Source: Chryseobacterium sp. (GTDB lineage Bacteria; Bacteroidota; Bacteroidia; Flavobacteriales; Weeksellaceae). Taken from it: 64,000 nt of DNA. Below are positions 28,499 through 38,985 of the stretch, in pieces. The position numbers and the translations under genes were made by a program. The DNA is taken from contig NZ_JALIHL010000001.1 in the NCBI RefSeq assembly GCF_022869225.1, forward strand, positions 2,285,721 to 2,349,720. Direction: 5' to 3'. The notes under the pieces are model-generated. The model did no database searches. It worked only from the letters and a program-made list of their open reading frames with translations, and was not told where the DNA came from. Numbering within the stretch: position 1 is the stretch's first letter; each line of letters begins with the position of its first letter.

Positions 28499-28809
28499 TT
28501 CCTTGATTATTATATTGTTATGAGGTTGCTTTTATGGTGAGGCAACCTTTTTTATGGGTCATTATTTTAGCGGTAATGTTCTGCTGCCATACAACGTTTC
28601 CGATGTAATGGAACCGGACGCATTTGAATGAAAGCCATATTTTGAGAATCAGGGTGAAATTACCTTTATATAAGTAAAATACGGGGCTTTCCTTTCATTT
28701 TTAGTATCATACGCTTCACCTGCGATTAATTACGTTTCACCAGATTTCTGAATGAATCTCCTTATTGTATGAGCTTATTTTGCCTCTGTAAAATTTAAAA
28801 ACGAAGGTT

Positions 28810-29928
28810 ATGAATTACAGAAAAGGATATCTGGTGCTTTCACTCACAGCCGCAGCAGTATTGTACTCATGCGGCTCAGGAAATGGGCAGGAGAATGCTC
28901 AGCAGGTACAGGCGCTCCCTACAGATTTTATCCAGGTAAAAACAGGGAATGAAGATATCTCTACCGGATATCCGGGAAGTATAGAAGGGCAGGATAATGT
29001 GGAGATTAAAGCCCAGGTGACAGGATACCTGGAGGCTGTATATGTGAAAGAAGGACAGTATGTGAGTAAAGGGCAGACATTGTTCAGAATTAATCCTGCG
29101 GTGTACAACGAACAGGTGAATACTAATGAAGCCGCCTTAAAAGCGGCATTGGCTGCTCAGGAAACAGCAAGGCTGGAGGTTGAAAAATTAAAACCTCTTG
29201 TAGAAGGGAAAGTCGTTTCCGATATGCAGCTGAAAACAGCTCAGGCCAGCTATAAATCAGCCTCAGCACAGGTGGCCCAGGCCCAGTCTTCGCTGGGGTC
29301 TTCAAAGATCAATGCCAATTTTACTTATATCAAAGCACCTGTGAGCGGATACATAGGAAGAATTCCGAACAGGGTGGGAAATCTTATCAGCCCTTCCGAT
29401 GCGTTACCGCTTACCACTCTTTCTAATATAACAAGCGTGAATGTTTACTTCGCCATGAACGAAGCTGATTTTATAGGCCACAGCCGTGCCGCTGCATCAG
29501 GACAGGATCCGGAAAATGTGGAGCTTATTTTGGCAGACGGTTCTACCTATCCTTATAAAGGGAGACTGGAAAGTGCCAGCGGAAATTTTGACAGAAACAC
29601 AGGAAGCATCCAGATGAAAGCTGTTTTCCAGAATCCTGATCGGCTATTGAGATCAGGAGGAACGGCAAGAGTAATGATTCATAATGCTCTGGATGGAGTG
29701 ATTACCCTTCCCAAAACCTCTGTAAAAGATATTCAGGATAAATTCTTTGTGTATAAACTGGAAGGTAAGGATAAGGTGAAAATGACCCAGATTGAAATTT
29801 CAGGAGGAAACACCCAGGATTACTTTGTAAAAGAGGGCGTGAATGCAGGAGATAAAATAGCAGTCAACAGGATTGATGCCCTTACAGACGGGGCATCGGT
29901 TGTTGCTAAAGTGACTCCTTCGAAATAG
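28810..29928 (+). CDS. RND efflux periplasmic adaptor (MFP)
   Basis: Lipobox LYSC; biotinyl-lipoyl motifs VKEGQYVSKGQTLF and IKAPVSGYIG. Confidence 0.93.
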   Translation: MNYRKGYLVLSLTAAAVLYSCGSGNGQENAQQVQALPTDFIQVKTGNEDISTGYPGSIEGQDNVEIKAQVTGYLEAVYVKEGQYVSKGQTLFRINPAVYNEQVNTNEAALKAALAAQETARLEVEKLKPLVEGKVVSDMQLKTAQASYKSASAQVAQAQSSLGSSKINANFTYIKAPVSGYIGRIPNRVGNLISPSDALPLTTLSNITSVNVYFAMNEADFIGHSRAAASGQDPENVELILADGSTYPYKGRLESASGNFDRNTGSIQMKAVFQNPDRLLRSGGTARVMIHNALDGVITLPKTSVKDIQDKFFVYKLEGKDKVKMTQIEISGGNTQDYFVKEGVNAGDKIAVNRIDALTDGASVVAKVTPSK

Positions 29929-29956
29929 TTATATAATTATTCTTAGAAAATTCGAA

Positions 29957-32900
29957 ATGTTAAAAAAGATAATAGACCGTCCGGTACTGGCGACGGTAAT
30001 CTCCCTTATTATTGTCATATTAGGGATCATAGGATTAAACCAGCTGGCGGTGACCAGATTTCCGGATATTTCCCCACCTACCATTACTGTTTCGGGTTCT
30101 TATCCGGGAGGAAACAGTGAAACGGTGATCCGTTCCGTAGTGACTCCTCTGGAAGAGCAGATCAATGGGGTGGAAGATATGCAGTACATGAAATCTACGG
30201 CAAGTAATGATGGTACATTTACGATTTCGGTCATATTTAAACAGGGAGTCAATGCGGATCAGGCGGCAGTAAACGTACAGAACAGGGTACAACAGGCCAC
30301 GCCGATACTTCCTCAGGAAGTCATCAGAATGGGACTGACAACATCCAAGCAGCAAAATAGCATGGTGTTGATCTTTAATATTTATACCGATGACAACAAA
30401 AAATATGATGAAACGTTTCTGCAAAACTATGCCAATATCAATCTTATTCCGCAGGTCAAAAGGGTAAAGGGGGTAGGGCAGGCCCAGATCTTCGGGATCA
30501 AAGACTATTCCATGAGAATATGGCTTAACCCGCAGAAAATGTCTTCTTACGGGCTGGAACCTTCTGATATTTCCAGTGCTATTGCAGATCACAGTTTAGA
30601 ATCTGCCCCCGGTAAATTAGGAGAAGAATCCGATGCGGCGCTTGAATATGTCATCCGGTATAAAGGGAAAAAGAATAAACCGGAGCAATATGAGAATATT
30701 ATTGTTAAAAATGAAGGAACCCAGGTTGTCCGGCTTAAAGATGTAGCCCGCGTGGAATTCGGATCGATTTCCAACAGTGGAGATAATCTTTCCAATGGGA
30801 AAAATGCGGTTACCGTGGCAATCATGCAGACCACAGGCTCCAACGCCAATGAAATTGAGATAGGGGTCAATAAAGCAATTGATCAACTGTCAAAATCATT
30901 TCCTCCGGGAATAAAATACACGAAGGTAATGAGTACCAAAGAAAGGTTGGATGAAGCAACAGGGCAGGTAAAATCTACATTGATAGAAGCATTTATCCTT
31001 GTATTTATTGTCGTGTTTGTCTTTTTACAGGATTTCAGATCTACGGTCATTCCTGCTATTGCCGTTCCTGTAGCGATTATCGGTACTTTCTTTTTCCTTC
31101 TGGTATTAGGGTTTACCATCAATGTACTGACTCTTTTTGCTCTTGTACTGGCAATCGGTATTGTAGTAGACGACGCTATTGTCGTGGTGGAAGCCGTTCA
31201 CAGTAATATGGAAGGGACTGATCTTTCAGGAAGGGATGCTACTCATAAAGCAATGAATGAAATTACGGGGGCTGTAATTTCGATTACGCTGGTGATGTCT
31301 GCAGTGTTTATTCCCATAGGCTTTATGTCCGGTTCTGCAGGGGTATTCTATAAGCAGTTTGCTTATACATTGGCAATTGCCATTATTATTTCAGCAGTGA
31401 ATGCACTTACATTGACCCCGGCTTTATGTGCTGTATTTCTGAAAAACAGCCATGCAGGAGAAGGAGGAAAACCCAAAGGATTCGGACAAAGATTTGCTGT
31501 AGCATTTAATGCAGGATTCAACAATATGACAGACCGCTATGCAAAGGGGGTGAAGTTCTTAATAGGCCGCAAATGGATCGCAGCAGGATGGGTTGCCGGA
31601 ATTATAGGGCTTTCAGCATGGCTCTTGTCCAGTACTCCTAAGAGTTTTGTCCCAATGGAAGATGATGGTTTCTTTATGTATTCATTAAGTATGCCTCCGG
31701 GAACCGGACTCACAAAAACAACCGAGGTTTCCAATAAGATGAATGCTCTTTTAAAAAGTATAGATGCCGTTCAGGAAAATACATCCATCACGGGATACAA
31801 CCTCTTAAGCAATAGTGCAGGTCCTGCCTATGCCATGGGGTTTGTCAAATTAAAACCTAAAAAAGAAAGAGGAGCCGTTCAGGACATTGATGAGATCATG
31901 AACATCGTGAACGGAAAACTGGCGGTCATTAAAGAAGGAACCGTAATGAGCTTCAGAATGCCTCCGGTAGAAGGATATGGAGTGACCAATGATGCGGAGA
32001 TTGTACTTCAGGACCGTATGGGCAGGGATCCACAGGTGCTGAAGGCTAAGGCAGATGATCTTATCGGGCAGCTGATGCAGACTCCGGAAGTAGCCTATGC
32101 CTATACCATGTTCAGGGCAGATTATCCTCAGTTAGAACTGGAAGTCAATGAAGATAAGGCAAAACAGCTGGGAGTGAGTATTTCTAATCTATTAGGAACG
32201 GTACAGACTTATTTCTCCGGGGATCAGTCTCAGAATTTCTCAAGATTTGGAAAGTTCTACAGAGTGAATATCAAAGCAGATGGGATCTTCAGAATGGACG
32301 AGCAGGCGTTTAATGATATTTTTGTGAAGAACAGCAAAGGTGAAATGGTTCCTGCAAGTACACTGATCACTTTGAAAAAAGTATATGGCCCGGAATCTGT
32401 AAACCGGTACAATCTTTATAACTCGCTGAACATTAATATAGTTCCAAAACCAGGGGTCAGTAACGGAGAACTGATGGGAAAAATAGAAAAAACATTAGAG
32501 AAACTGCCGTCTGATTATAGTTATGAATGGACCGGGTTGAGCCTGGAAGAAAAGTCAGCAGGAAGCCAAACGGCTGTCATCCTCGGATTGTGTTTACTTT
32601 TCGTATACCTGCTTCTTGCCGCTCAGTATGAAAGTTACATTCTTCCTTTAGCCGTAATGCTTTCTATTCCGACAGGAGTAGTAGGAGCATTCTTAGGAAT
32701 AAAAGCGATTGGATTTGATAATAATATTTATGTTCAGGTAGGATTGATCATGCTTATTGGGCTCCTTGCCAAAAATGCAATCCTTATTGTGGAATTTGCC
32801 GTGCAGCGGAGAAAAGCAGGGCTGTCTATTCTGGATTCCGCATTGGAAGGCGCTAAAGCGAGGCTGCGCCCGATCATTATGACATCGCTAGCCTTCATTG

Positions 32901-33109
32901 TGGGGATGATTCCTCTGATGATTTCTACCGGAGGAATGGCTTCAGGGAACAAATCGATCAGTGTAAGTGCTGCGATAGGAATGTTGAGTGGAGTTGCTTT
33001 AGGGGTTTTTATAATTCCTGTGCTGTATATGTTCTTTCAGTATCTGGATGAAAAATTTTCATCCAAAAAGAAATACAGTACCATAGAAACCGCTATGATT
33101 CAAAAATGA
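29957..33109 (+). CDS. RND efflux permease (HAE1/AcrB-like)
   Basis: RFPDISPP, proton-relay residues IVVDDAIVVVE, GLLAKNAILIVEF, RLRPIIMTS. Confidence 0.96.
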   Translation: MLKKIIDRPVLATVISLIIVILGIIGLNQLAVTRFPDISPPTITVSGSYPGGNSETVIRSVVTPLEEQINGVEDMQYMKSTASNDGTFTISVIFKQGVNADQAAVNVQNRVQQATPILPQEVIRMGLTTSKQQNSMVLIFNIYTDDNKKYDETFLQNYANINLIPQVKRVKGVGQAQIFGIKDYSMRIWLNPQKMSSYGLEPSDISSAIADHSLESAPGKLGEESDAALEYVIRYKGKKNKPEQYENIIVKNEGTQVVRLKDVARVEFGSISNSGDNLSNGKNAVTVAIMQTTGSNANEIEIGVNKAIDQLSKSFPPGIKYTKVMSTKERLDEATGQVKSTLIEAFILVFIVVFVFLQDFRSTVIPAIAVPVAIIGTFFFLLVLGFTINVLTLFALVLAIGIVVDDAIVVVEAVHSNMEGTDLSGRDATHKAMNEITGAVISITLVMSAVFIPIGFMSGSAGVFYKQFAYTLAIAIIISAVNALTLTPALCAVFLKNSHAGEGGKPKGFGQRFAVAFNAGFNNMTDRYAKGVKFLIGRKWIAAGWVAGIIGLSAWLLSSTPKSFVPMEDDGFFMYSLSMPPGTGLTKTTEVSNKMNALLKSIDAVQENTSITGYNLLSNSAGPAYAMGFVKLKPKKERGAVQDIDEIMNIVNGKLAVIKEGTVMSFRMPPVEGYGVTNDAEIVLQDRMGRDPQVLKAKADDLIGQLMQTPEVAYAYTMFRADYPQLELEVNEDKAKQLGVSISNLLGTVQTYFSGDQSQNFSRFGKFYRVNIKADGIFRMDEQAFNDIFVKNSKGEMVPASTLITLKKVYGPESVNRYNLYNSLNINIVPKPGVSNGELMGKIEKTLEKLPSDYSYEWTGLSLEEKSAGSQTAVILGLCLLFVYLLLAAQYESYILPLAVMLSIPTGVVGAFLGIKAIGFDNNIYVQVGLIMLIGLLAKNAILIVEFAVQRRKAGLSILDSALEGAKARLRPIIMTSLAFIVGMIPLMISTGGMASGNKSISVSAAIGMLSGVALGVFIIPVLYMFFQYLDEKFSSKKKYSTIETAMIQK

Positions 33110-33186
33110 TACGGCAATATGAGAGTCATAAGCAGCTGACGATCAAAAGAATCAATAAAAAAATTCGGAAGAAAATCAATTGAAAA

Positions 33187-34602
33187 ATGAGAATATTTAA
33201 TATAAAAAGTTTTGTCGCTTCCGGTGCAGTGGTATTGCTGGTGGTGTCCTGTACCGTAGGAAAACCTTATACAAGGACGGACCTTCAGGTACCGGAGAGC
33301 TACAAAGAATCTGTACAGGTAACCGGTGATACGGTAGTCCTTCCTTGGAAGACCTTCTTCAAGGATCCAACATTAATAAGGCTGGTTGATAAAGCGCTGT
33401 CCAGAAATAACGAAATCAATATCGCATTAAAAAATATAGAACAGCTGGATCTTATTTACAAACAAGCCAAGCTGTCGCTGCTGCCCACCCTCGATTTCAA
33501 TGCGGGAGCCAATAGAAGCTGGGCTTCTAAGAACAGTCTGAACGGATCCCTGAATGAGCAGTTTCTGGGAACTAAATACATCGATGATTTTACGGCAACC
33601 CTTCAGCTTTCATGGGAAGTGGATATCTGGGGAAAATCCAAAATGCAGAAAGAATCTGCCGCTGCGGAATATTTTGGACAGAAGGAAAACCTGTATGCTA
33701 TAAAAAGCAGAATTGTCGTTCAGGTGGCACAGGCTTACTATAATTTAATCAGCCTCGATGAGCAGCTGAAGATTGCTGAACAGAATATTGAATTGAGCAA
33801 CAGTACCCTTAAAATGATGGAGCTTCAGTTTAAAGCAGGGCAAATCAACTCATTAGCTGTTCAGCAGTCAGAAGCACAAAAGAAAACAGCAGAGTTGCTG
33901 ATTCCTCTTGCCAAGCAGAATATTGCGGTCCAGGAAAATGCACTGAGTATTCTTTGCGGTGAATATCCCAATACCATTGAAAGAACGGGAAATCTTAAAA
34001 CCATGATTCCTGAAAATAAACTGTCCGAAGGAGTTCCTGCCCAGTTGCTGAGCCGAAGACCGGATCTGAAGGCTGCAGAATTCAATGTGGTCAGCCTGAA
34101 TTCAAAAACAGGGCTGGCAAAAGCAGCCATGTATCCGAGTATCAGTTTATCACCACAGATAGGAGTGAACTCCAATAAGTTGAATACATGGTTTGATATT
34201 CCGGGATCGGTTACGAAGACGATAGCCGCTAATCTGGCAGCCCCGATCTTTCAAAAAAAACAGCTGAAAACAGCGTATGAAACAGCCCTGATAGAACAGG
34301 AAAAAGCGGCGATCAACTTTAAGCAGTCAGTTATGACTGCTGTAGGTGAAGTCTCAGATGCAATGGCCCAATCTAAAGGTGCTTCCGAAAGACTGCAGCT
34401 TTTGGAGCAGAGAACAGCTATTTTAGATAAAGGAATCAATGATGCGCTTAAACTGTATAAAAGCGGAATGGCTACTTACCTTGAAGTGATCACGGCCCAG
34501 AATAATAAACTTCAGAATGACCTTGAGGCGATCAATGTTAGTCTTGAAAAATTAAATGCTGAGGTTGACCTGTACAGAGCATTAGGCGGAGGTATAGAAT
34601 AG
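33187..34602 (+). CDS. Outer-membrane efflux factor (TolC/NodT family lipoprotein)
   Basis: Lipobox VVSC, SWEVDIWG, LLSRRPDL, LYRALGGG. Confidence 0.95.
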   Translation: MRIFNIKSFVASGAVVLLVVSCTVGKPYTRTDLQVPESYKESVQVTGDTVVLPWKTFFKDPTLIRLVDKALSRNNEINIALKNIEQLDLIYKQAKLSLLPTLDFNAGANRSWASKNSLNGSLNEQFLGTKYIDDFTATLQLSWEVDIWGKSKMQKESAAAEYFGQKENLYAIKSRIVVQVAQAYYNLISLDEQLKIAEQNIELSNSTLKMMELQFKAGQINSLAVQQSEAQKKTAELLIPLAKQNIAVQENALSILCGEYPNTIERTGNLKTMIPENKLSEGVPAQLLSRRPDLKAAEFNVVSLNSKTGLAKAAMYPSISLSPQIGVNSNKLNTWFDIPGSVTKTIAANLAAPIFQKKQLKTAYETALIEQEKAAINFKQSVMTAVGEVSDAMAQSKGASERLQLLEQRTAILDKGINDALKLYKSGMATYLEVITAQNNKLQNDLEAINVSLEKLNAEVDLYRALGGGIE

Positions 34603-34622
34603 TATCATTAAAAGAGAAATGA

Positions 34623-34647
34623 AAAAGGAAGCAGGTCGCTTCCTTTT
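34623..34647 (+). terminator. Terminator of the RND operon
   Basis: aaaaggaagc-aggtc-gcttcctttt followed by T-runs. Confidence 0.8.
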
Positions 34648-34810
34648 ATTTTTATATATAACCGGACCATTATTCATTTTCTCGTTCACTAGGCTTAAAT
34701 TTTTTATATTGTAAATCAGTTGTTTATGAAAATGTTTGTTCTTTTTTTCAAAATGAATGCAAGATTTTCAAAAAACAGGATTTATATACATGAGTACTCG
34801 AAAATAAGTA

Positions 34811-35416
34811 ATGTTTAATGTAAAAAATAATGTAATGAAGAAATTTAAAGTACCCAGAATTTTTATGGCTGTTGCACTACTATTGGCCGGCCTCAGTTTA
34901 TTTTCATGCCTTAATACGGACGGACCGGATATCCCGCCTGTAAAGCTGGAGGATCTTAAAGGAAATTATAAGGGCAGGCTTATTACGGTTCAAGGTGGAA
35001 CCAGAACAGAGAAAACCATAGATTTTAAAGTGAAAACAGATACCATTGTGTTTGCAGAATTTCCGGTTAAAGAAATTGTGGCCTCTGTGGTTAAAGATCC
35101 GGTAAAGACAGAATTGGCAATTAAAGAAATGGGAAAAATAAAATATGATCTTAAATATGCAGCAATGGTTAATACCTATAATAATGTAGTGGAATTGATT
35201 TTTACCCCTAAAATTTTGGAGCTAAAAATTCCTGTAGATGGAGCCGTTAAAAATACTACAGTTCAGCTGGCTGCTAAACAGAAAGGATATTTTGTGGGCA
35301 TGGATCAGTCATTAAGATTTGCTGTGGAAGCAGAAAAGATTACGGTAGATGGCGTAGTACTGAGTCCTTTTGAAACGATCAGTTATAATTTTCCATTTTG
35401 CGTAAAAGCTAAATAA
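34811..35416 (+). CDS. DUF4840-like lipoprotein
   Basis: Likely start 34835, lipobox LFSC followed by acidic LNTD. Confidence 0.65.
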   Translation: MFNVKNNVMKKFKVPRIFMAVALLLAGLSLFSCLNTDGPDIPPVKLEDLKGNYKGRLITVQGGTRTEKTIDFKVKTDTIVFAEFPVKEIVASVVKDPVKTELAIKEMGKIKYDLKYAAMVNTYNNVVELIFTPKILELKIPVDGAVKNTTVQLAAKQKGYFVGMDQSLRFAVEAEKITVDGVVLSPFETISYNFPFCVKAK

Positions 35417-35511
35417 TAGATATAATCATAAAATGGATTGCATTTTGTAAGATGCAATCTATTTTTGCTTGGAATTTTAATCAATATTCAGTCAGGATAC
35501 TGCAGCAGTAC

Positions 35512-36078
35512 ATGGAGGAAAATAAAGAACAGATTTTGGTAAAGCACCTTCTTTTGAAGGAAGAAACTGCCTGGAAAGAGCTTTTTGGGGCTTATTCCGG
35601 TAATCTGGCTTATATCTGTTCGCGCTACATGACTGAGAAAGAAGATGTACATGACGTACTCCAGAACAGCTTTATCAAAATGTTTCGTTCCATAGAATCT
35701 TTTGAATACAGGGGAAGCGGTTCCCTGAAGGCATGGATGACCCGGATTACAGTGAATGAATCTTTGAAGCACATTCAACAAAGAGCAGATTTTAAATCAA
35801 CAGTTGAAGTTGATGATCTTCCTGATCTTCCCCATGAAGAGGAGCCGGATTTTGAAGAAATTCCGCAGGCGGTTATTATGAAAATGATCAGAGCTCTTCC
35901 TGACGGGTATAGAACGGTTTTTAATCTGTATGTATTTGAGAAAAAAAGTCATAAAGAGATTGCCCGGCTTTTAGGAATTGCAGAGAATTCTTCTGCCTCA
36001 CAGTTTCATCGGGCAAAAGGACTGCTTGTTCAGAAAATAAAAGAGTTTACAATGTCAAAAAAAGCACAATATGAATAA
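35512..36078 (+). CDS. ECF RNA polymerase sigma factor
   Basis: Probable start MEENKEQ; DVLQNSFIKMF, AWMTRITVN, LPDGYRTVFNLY..SHKEIA. Confidence 0.93.
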   Translation: MEENKEQILVKHLLLKEETAWKELFGAYSGNLAYICSRYMTEKEDVHDVLQNSFIKMFRSIESFEYRGSGSLKAWMTRITVNESLKHIQQRADFKSTVEVDDLPDLPHEEEPDFEEIPQAVIMKMIRALPDGYRTVFNLYVFEKKSHKEIARLLGIAENSSASQFHRAKGLLVQKIKEFTMSKKAQYE

Positions 36079-37426
36079 TGAGTGGTTAAATAGCCTGCGT
36101 AGCAGAATGGAAGACCATGAAGAAAATGTTCCGGAGGAATTGTGGGATGACATCAGAGACGAATTGTTCTCTGAAAAAGACCTGGATCATGTGATCCCGG
36201 CTATTGTTCCTGAAGAGCAGGAGATAACGGGAAAAGATACTGTAGGAAGAGGTTCCAGACGTTTGTTTTACCGTATTGGAGCAGCAGCAGCGGCGGCTGT
36301 ACTGTTCTTTGTTATGATGAAGATTCTGCCTGATACAGAAAATGAGAAGATTTTTTCAAAGAAAAATGGTAAAGAAAGAAATAAGGTGAACCCGGCAGCA
36401 GAAAAATCAGTAATCCAGTCCAGTCACACTGTTGAAACCGGTTTTGCATCCGGGCTCTCTTTAACAGAGCCAACAACAAAATTTTTAAAAGATAAACATA
36501 GCAAGCTGTTATTGAATGAAGAAAGTAATGAAAAAAGCATCCAGCGTATTTTAGAGCTTAACAGAGCAGACCTGTTGTTTCATCAGAAACCGCTGGGTTT
36601 TCAGCAGTTGCCTTCCGCTAAAGAGCTGATAAGCCTTCCGGCTCAGGAGAAAGGAGCAGATGAGGTTCTTTCTGCACCAGAAAAGCAGCCGGAAAAATAT
36701 GCTGACCACAGAAAATCTAAATCTGCAGAATCCTGGATGCTGAGCATGCTCACGGGCAATGCCTCCCCGAATGGGGCAGAACAGCAGTTTCCCGGTTATG
36801 CTTCTATGAGCGGTAAACCCATGAATATTGGGGAAGTATGGAGTACATCCACTTATGATGAGAATCCTTTAACACAAGTATTACTGGCCAACCAAAGCCA
36901 GCCGGTGGAAGCGAGGATCAGACATAAAGTTCCTGTAACGCTGGGATTATCCCTGTATTATAATTTAGGGAAAAGATGGGGAATAGGAACAGGGCTTAAC
37001 TATACAAAACTGGCTTCAGAGCTGCACTCAGGAAGTGCTGCCAATTATATCAAAGGAGAGCAGACCATTCATTATGTGGGAATTCCTGTCCAGGTTAATT
37101 ATAATGTAGTTCAGAAGGGCCGGTTTACAGGATATATAACAGGAGGAGGGCTGGTTGAAAAACCTGTTGCAGGAAACCTTACCACTTCCTATGTGGTGAA
37201 CGATGAAGTGAAGGAAAGCTCAAGAGAGAAACTGGATACCCAATCGCTGCAGTTTTCAGTCAATACAGCTGTGGGGCTTCAGTTGAAAGTCATTGACCGG
37301 CTGGGGGTGTATGCAGAACCGGGAATTGGCTATCATTTCAAGGATAATAATTCTCTTAATACCGCCTATAAAGAGAAACCTTTACAATTTAATATGAAAT
37401 TCGGGATCAGACTGCTGCTTGATTGA
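36071..37426 (+). CDS. Putative anti-sigma factor: N-terminal helix, one TM, low-complexity linker, C-terminal outer-membrane beta-barrel
   Basis: WLNSLRSRM..PEELWDDI, TM IGAAAAAAVLFFVM, barrel-like strands HYVGIPVQVNY, LGVYAEPG, terminal FGIRLLLD; overlaps the sigma stop. Confidence 0.75.
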   Translation: MNNEWLNSLRSRMEDHEENVPEELWDDIRDELFSEKDLDHVIPAIVPEEQEITGKDTVGRGSRRLFYRIGAAAAAAVLFFVMMKILPDTENEKIFSKKNGKERNKVNPAAEKSVIQSSHTVETGFASGLSLTEPTTKFLKDKHSKLLLNEESNEKSIQRILELNRADLLFHQKPLGFQQLPSAKELISLPAQEKGADEVLSAPEKQPEKYADHRKSKSAESWMLSMLTGNASPNGAEQQFPGYASMSGKPMNIGEVWSTSTYDENPLTQVLLANQSQPVEARIRHKVPVTLGLSLYYNLGKRWGIGTGLNYTKLASELHSGSAANYIKGEQTIHYVGIPVQVNYNVVQKGRFTGYITGGGLVEKPVAGNLTTSYVVNDEVKESSREKLDTQSLQFSVNTAVGLQLKVIDRLGVYAEPGIGYHFKDNNSLNTAYKEKPLQFNMKFGIRLLLD

Positions 37427-37468
37427 ATGTGGACCACCTAAAACTAAATCAACCATAAATATTTAAAT

Positions 37469-38431
37469 ATGAAAGCAAAACTCATTTTTTTTACTTTTTT
37501 ATTCTTCAGTATGCTGAATATCAAAGCGCAGTGTAATCCCACGATTACCAGCCCGAGACTTGGATTAAAATATCCGGATAAGATCTTATTCTGTGATACG
37601 GAAGATGAAATACTTTCTACACAGGCGTTCGGGAGCTATCAGTGGTATAAACAGCAGTGGACCTGGCAGACTCCCAATAACAATCCCTGGGAACTCATTC
37701 CGGGAGCAACATCACAGCAGCTAACGATTAATGGCAATGATCAGCTGTATTATTTTAAAGTAGCCGTGGCTTTGGGTGATTGTACTGCGGAAAGTCCAGC
37801 TATCATGGCAGACGGGTTTGTCTATGGCCTTCCTGCGATGATGTCTACCTATACACCGGGAACTTATGAACAGGTAGGCGGCGGAGAGGTCAATGTATGC
37901 AATGGAGCTTCCGTACAATTTGATGATATATTCCCTTTGGTATATGGAACTCATACCTGGCTAAAATGTGTTCCGGCCACCAACCCTCCGTCAGCGGGTG
38001 ATCCTTGTATAATTCCCGGTGCCTCCGGAGATTCTTATATCGCAACAGAATCAGGTGAATATGGCTTTTATGCCTGTACGGAATATTGTCCGGACCAGTG
38101 TCATCTGTTAGCTCCGTTTGCATTTGTTAAACTGAATTTCGGGAACTGGGATTTCTGTGAAAATTTAGGAACAGGAGAAGCAAAACTTAAAGATAACAAT
38201 CTGAAAATATATCCCAATCCTACAGCACAGTTCCTTTACATCGGGAGAGAGTCTGATAAGGTCTATAAAGAAGTTTCCATCATCGATATGTCCGGAAAAC
38301 TTGTTTTGCAGAAAAGTGACCATCAATATAACCAGGCGATCGATATAAGCAGGCTGGTTCCGGGGAATTACATTATTATTTCCAAAGGTTCAGATGGAAG
38401 TGTTTACAGAAATAAAATGATAAAGAAATAA
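37469..38431 (+). CDS. Cys-rich T9SS type A cargo protein
   Basis: Signal peptide ..KAQC, multiple Cys, CTD LKIYPNPT..DMSGK..GNYII..MIKK. Confidence 0.88.
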   Translation: MKAKLIFFTFLFFSMLNIKAQCNPTITSPRLGLKYPDKILFCDTEDEILSTQAFGSYQWYKQQWTWQTPNNNPWELIPGATSQQLTINGNDQLYYFKVAVALGDCTAESPAIMADGFVYGLPAMMSTYTPGTYEQVGGGEVNVCNGASVQFDDIFPLVYGTHTWLKCVPATNPPSAGDPCIIPGASGDSYIATESGEYGFYACTEYCPDQCHLLAPFAFVKLNFGNWDFCENLGTGEAKLKDNNLKIYPNPTAQFLYIGRESDKVYKEVSIIDMSGKLVLQKSDHQYNQAIDISRLVPGNYIIISKGSDGSVYRNKMIKK

Positions 38432-38473
38432 ACGATTAAATAATTAATCTTTTTGTTAGTTTTAATAGTGGTT

Positions 38474-38504
38474 AGATCGGTGCAAAGTTGATTTGTGCCG
38501 GTCT
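38474..38504. terminator. Terminator between convergent operons
   Basis: agatcggtgcaaa-N5-tttgtgccggtct followed by a T-run. Confidence 0.7.
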
Positions 38505-38508
38505 TTTT

Positions 38509-38985
38509 TTATGAATGGGCTGATGATGTCCGGGCTGATAGGTAGTCTTTTAACTTGTCAGGATGTAAAGTACCAATATATATATCCTTTTTTCCTTTTT
38601 CTTTTATTTTTAGCGCAAAATTACCTCCCGTTGAATAGCAGGTGGCATGGCTGTTCTTTCTGATGCCCCATCCTCCAAAATCAGCAATGGGGTTGTATTC
38701 AACAACTTCCAGGTCTATGCCGTCATGAACGGAAATTTCCCTGTACCTGAGCTGGAAAGGATAGAATTTGTATTTTATAACTGTATTTGAGACCGATACA
38801 TCCAAATAAGCAACATAAAATAAAAGAAAGATTAGAAAACAAAAAATAAATGTGACAGAGGCAAGCCCGTAATCAGATTCTTTGACAATGAACAATAAAG
38901 ACGTACCAATGCCGGTTAAGAGAACAATAAAAGCTATGATTTTAATCCAGCCCTGAGTAAAGTATTGTTTTTCATGGTATTCCAT
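38509..38985 (-). CDS. 2-TM membrane protein with GGWGIR domain (DUF6141-like), candidate immunity
   Basis: EKQYF, two TMs, YPF, YNPIADFGGWGIR, IGTLHP. Confidence 0.65.
   Translation of the reverse strand: MEYHEKQYFTQGWIKIIAFIVLLTGIGTSLLFIVKESDYGLASVTFIFCFLIFLLFYVAYLDVSVSNTVIKYKFYPFQLRYREISVHDGIDLEVVEYNPIADFGGWGIRKNSHATCYSTGGNFALKIKEKGKKDIYIGTLHPDKLKDYLSARTSSAHS

Noticed and set aside
35436-35459. Inverted repeat GATTGCAT-N8-ATGCAATC before the ECF gene
   Set aside because: Short, single occurrence; cannot distinguish operator, weak terminator or chance.
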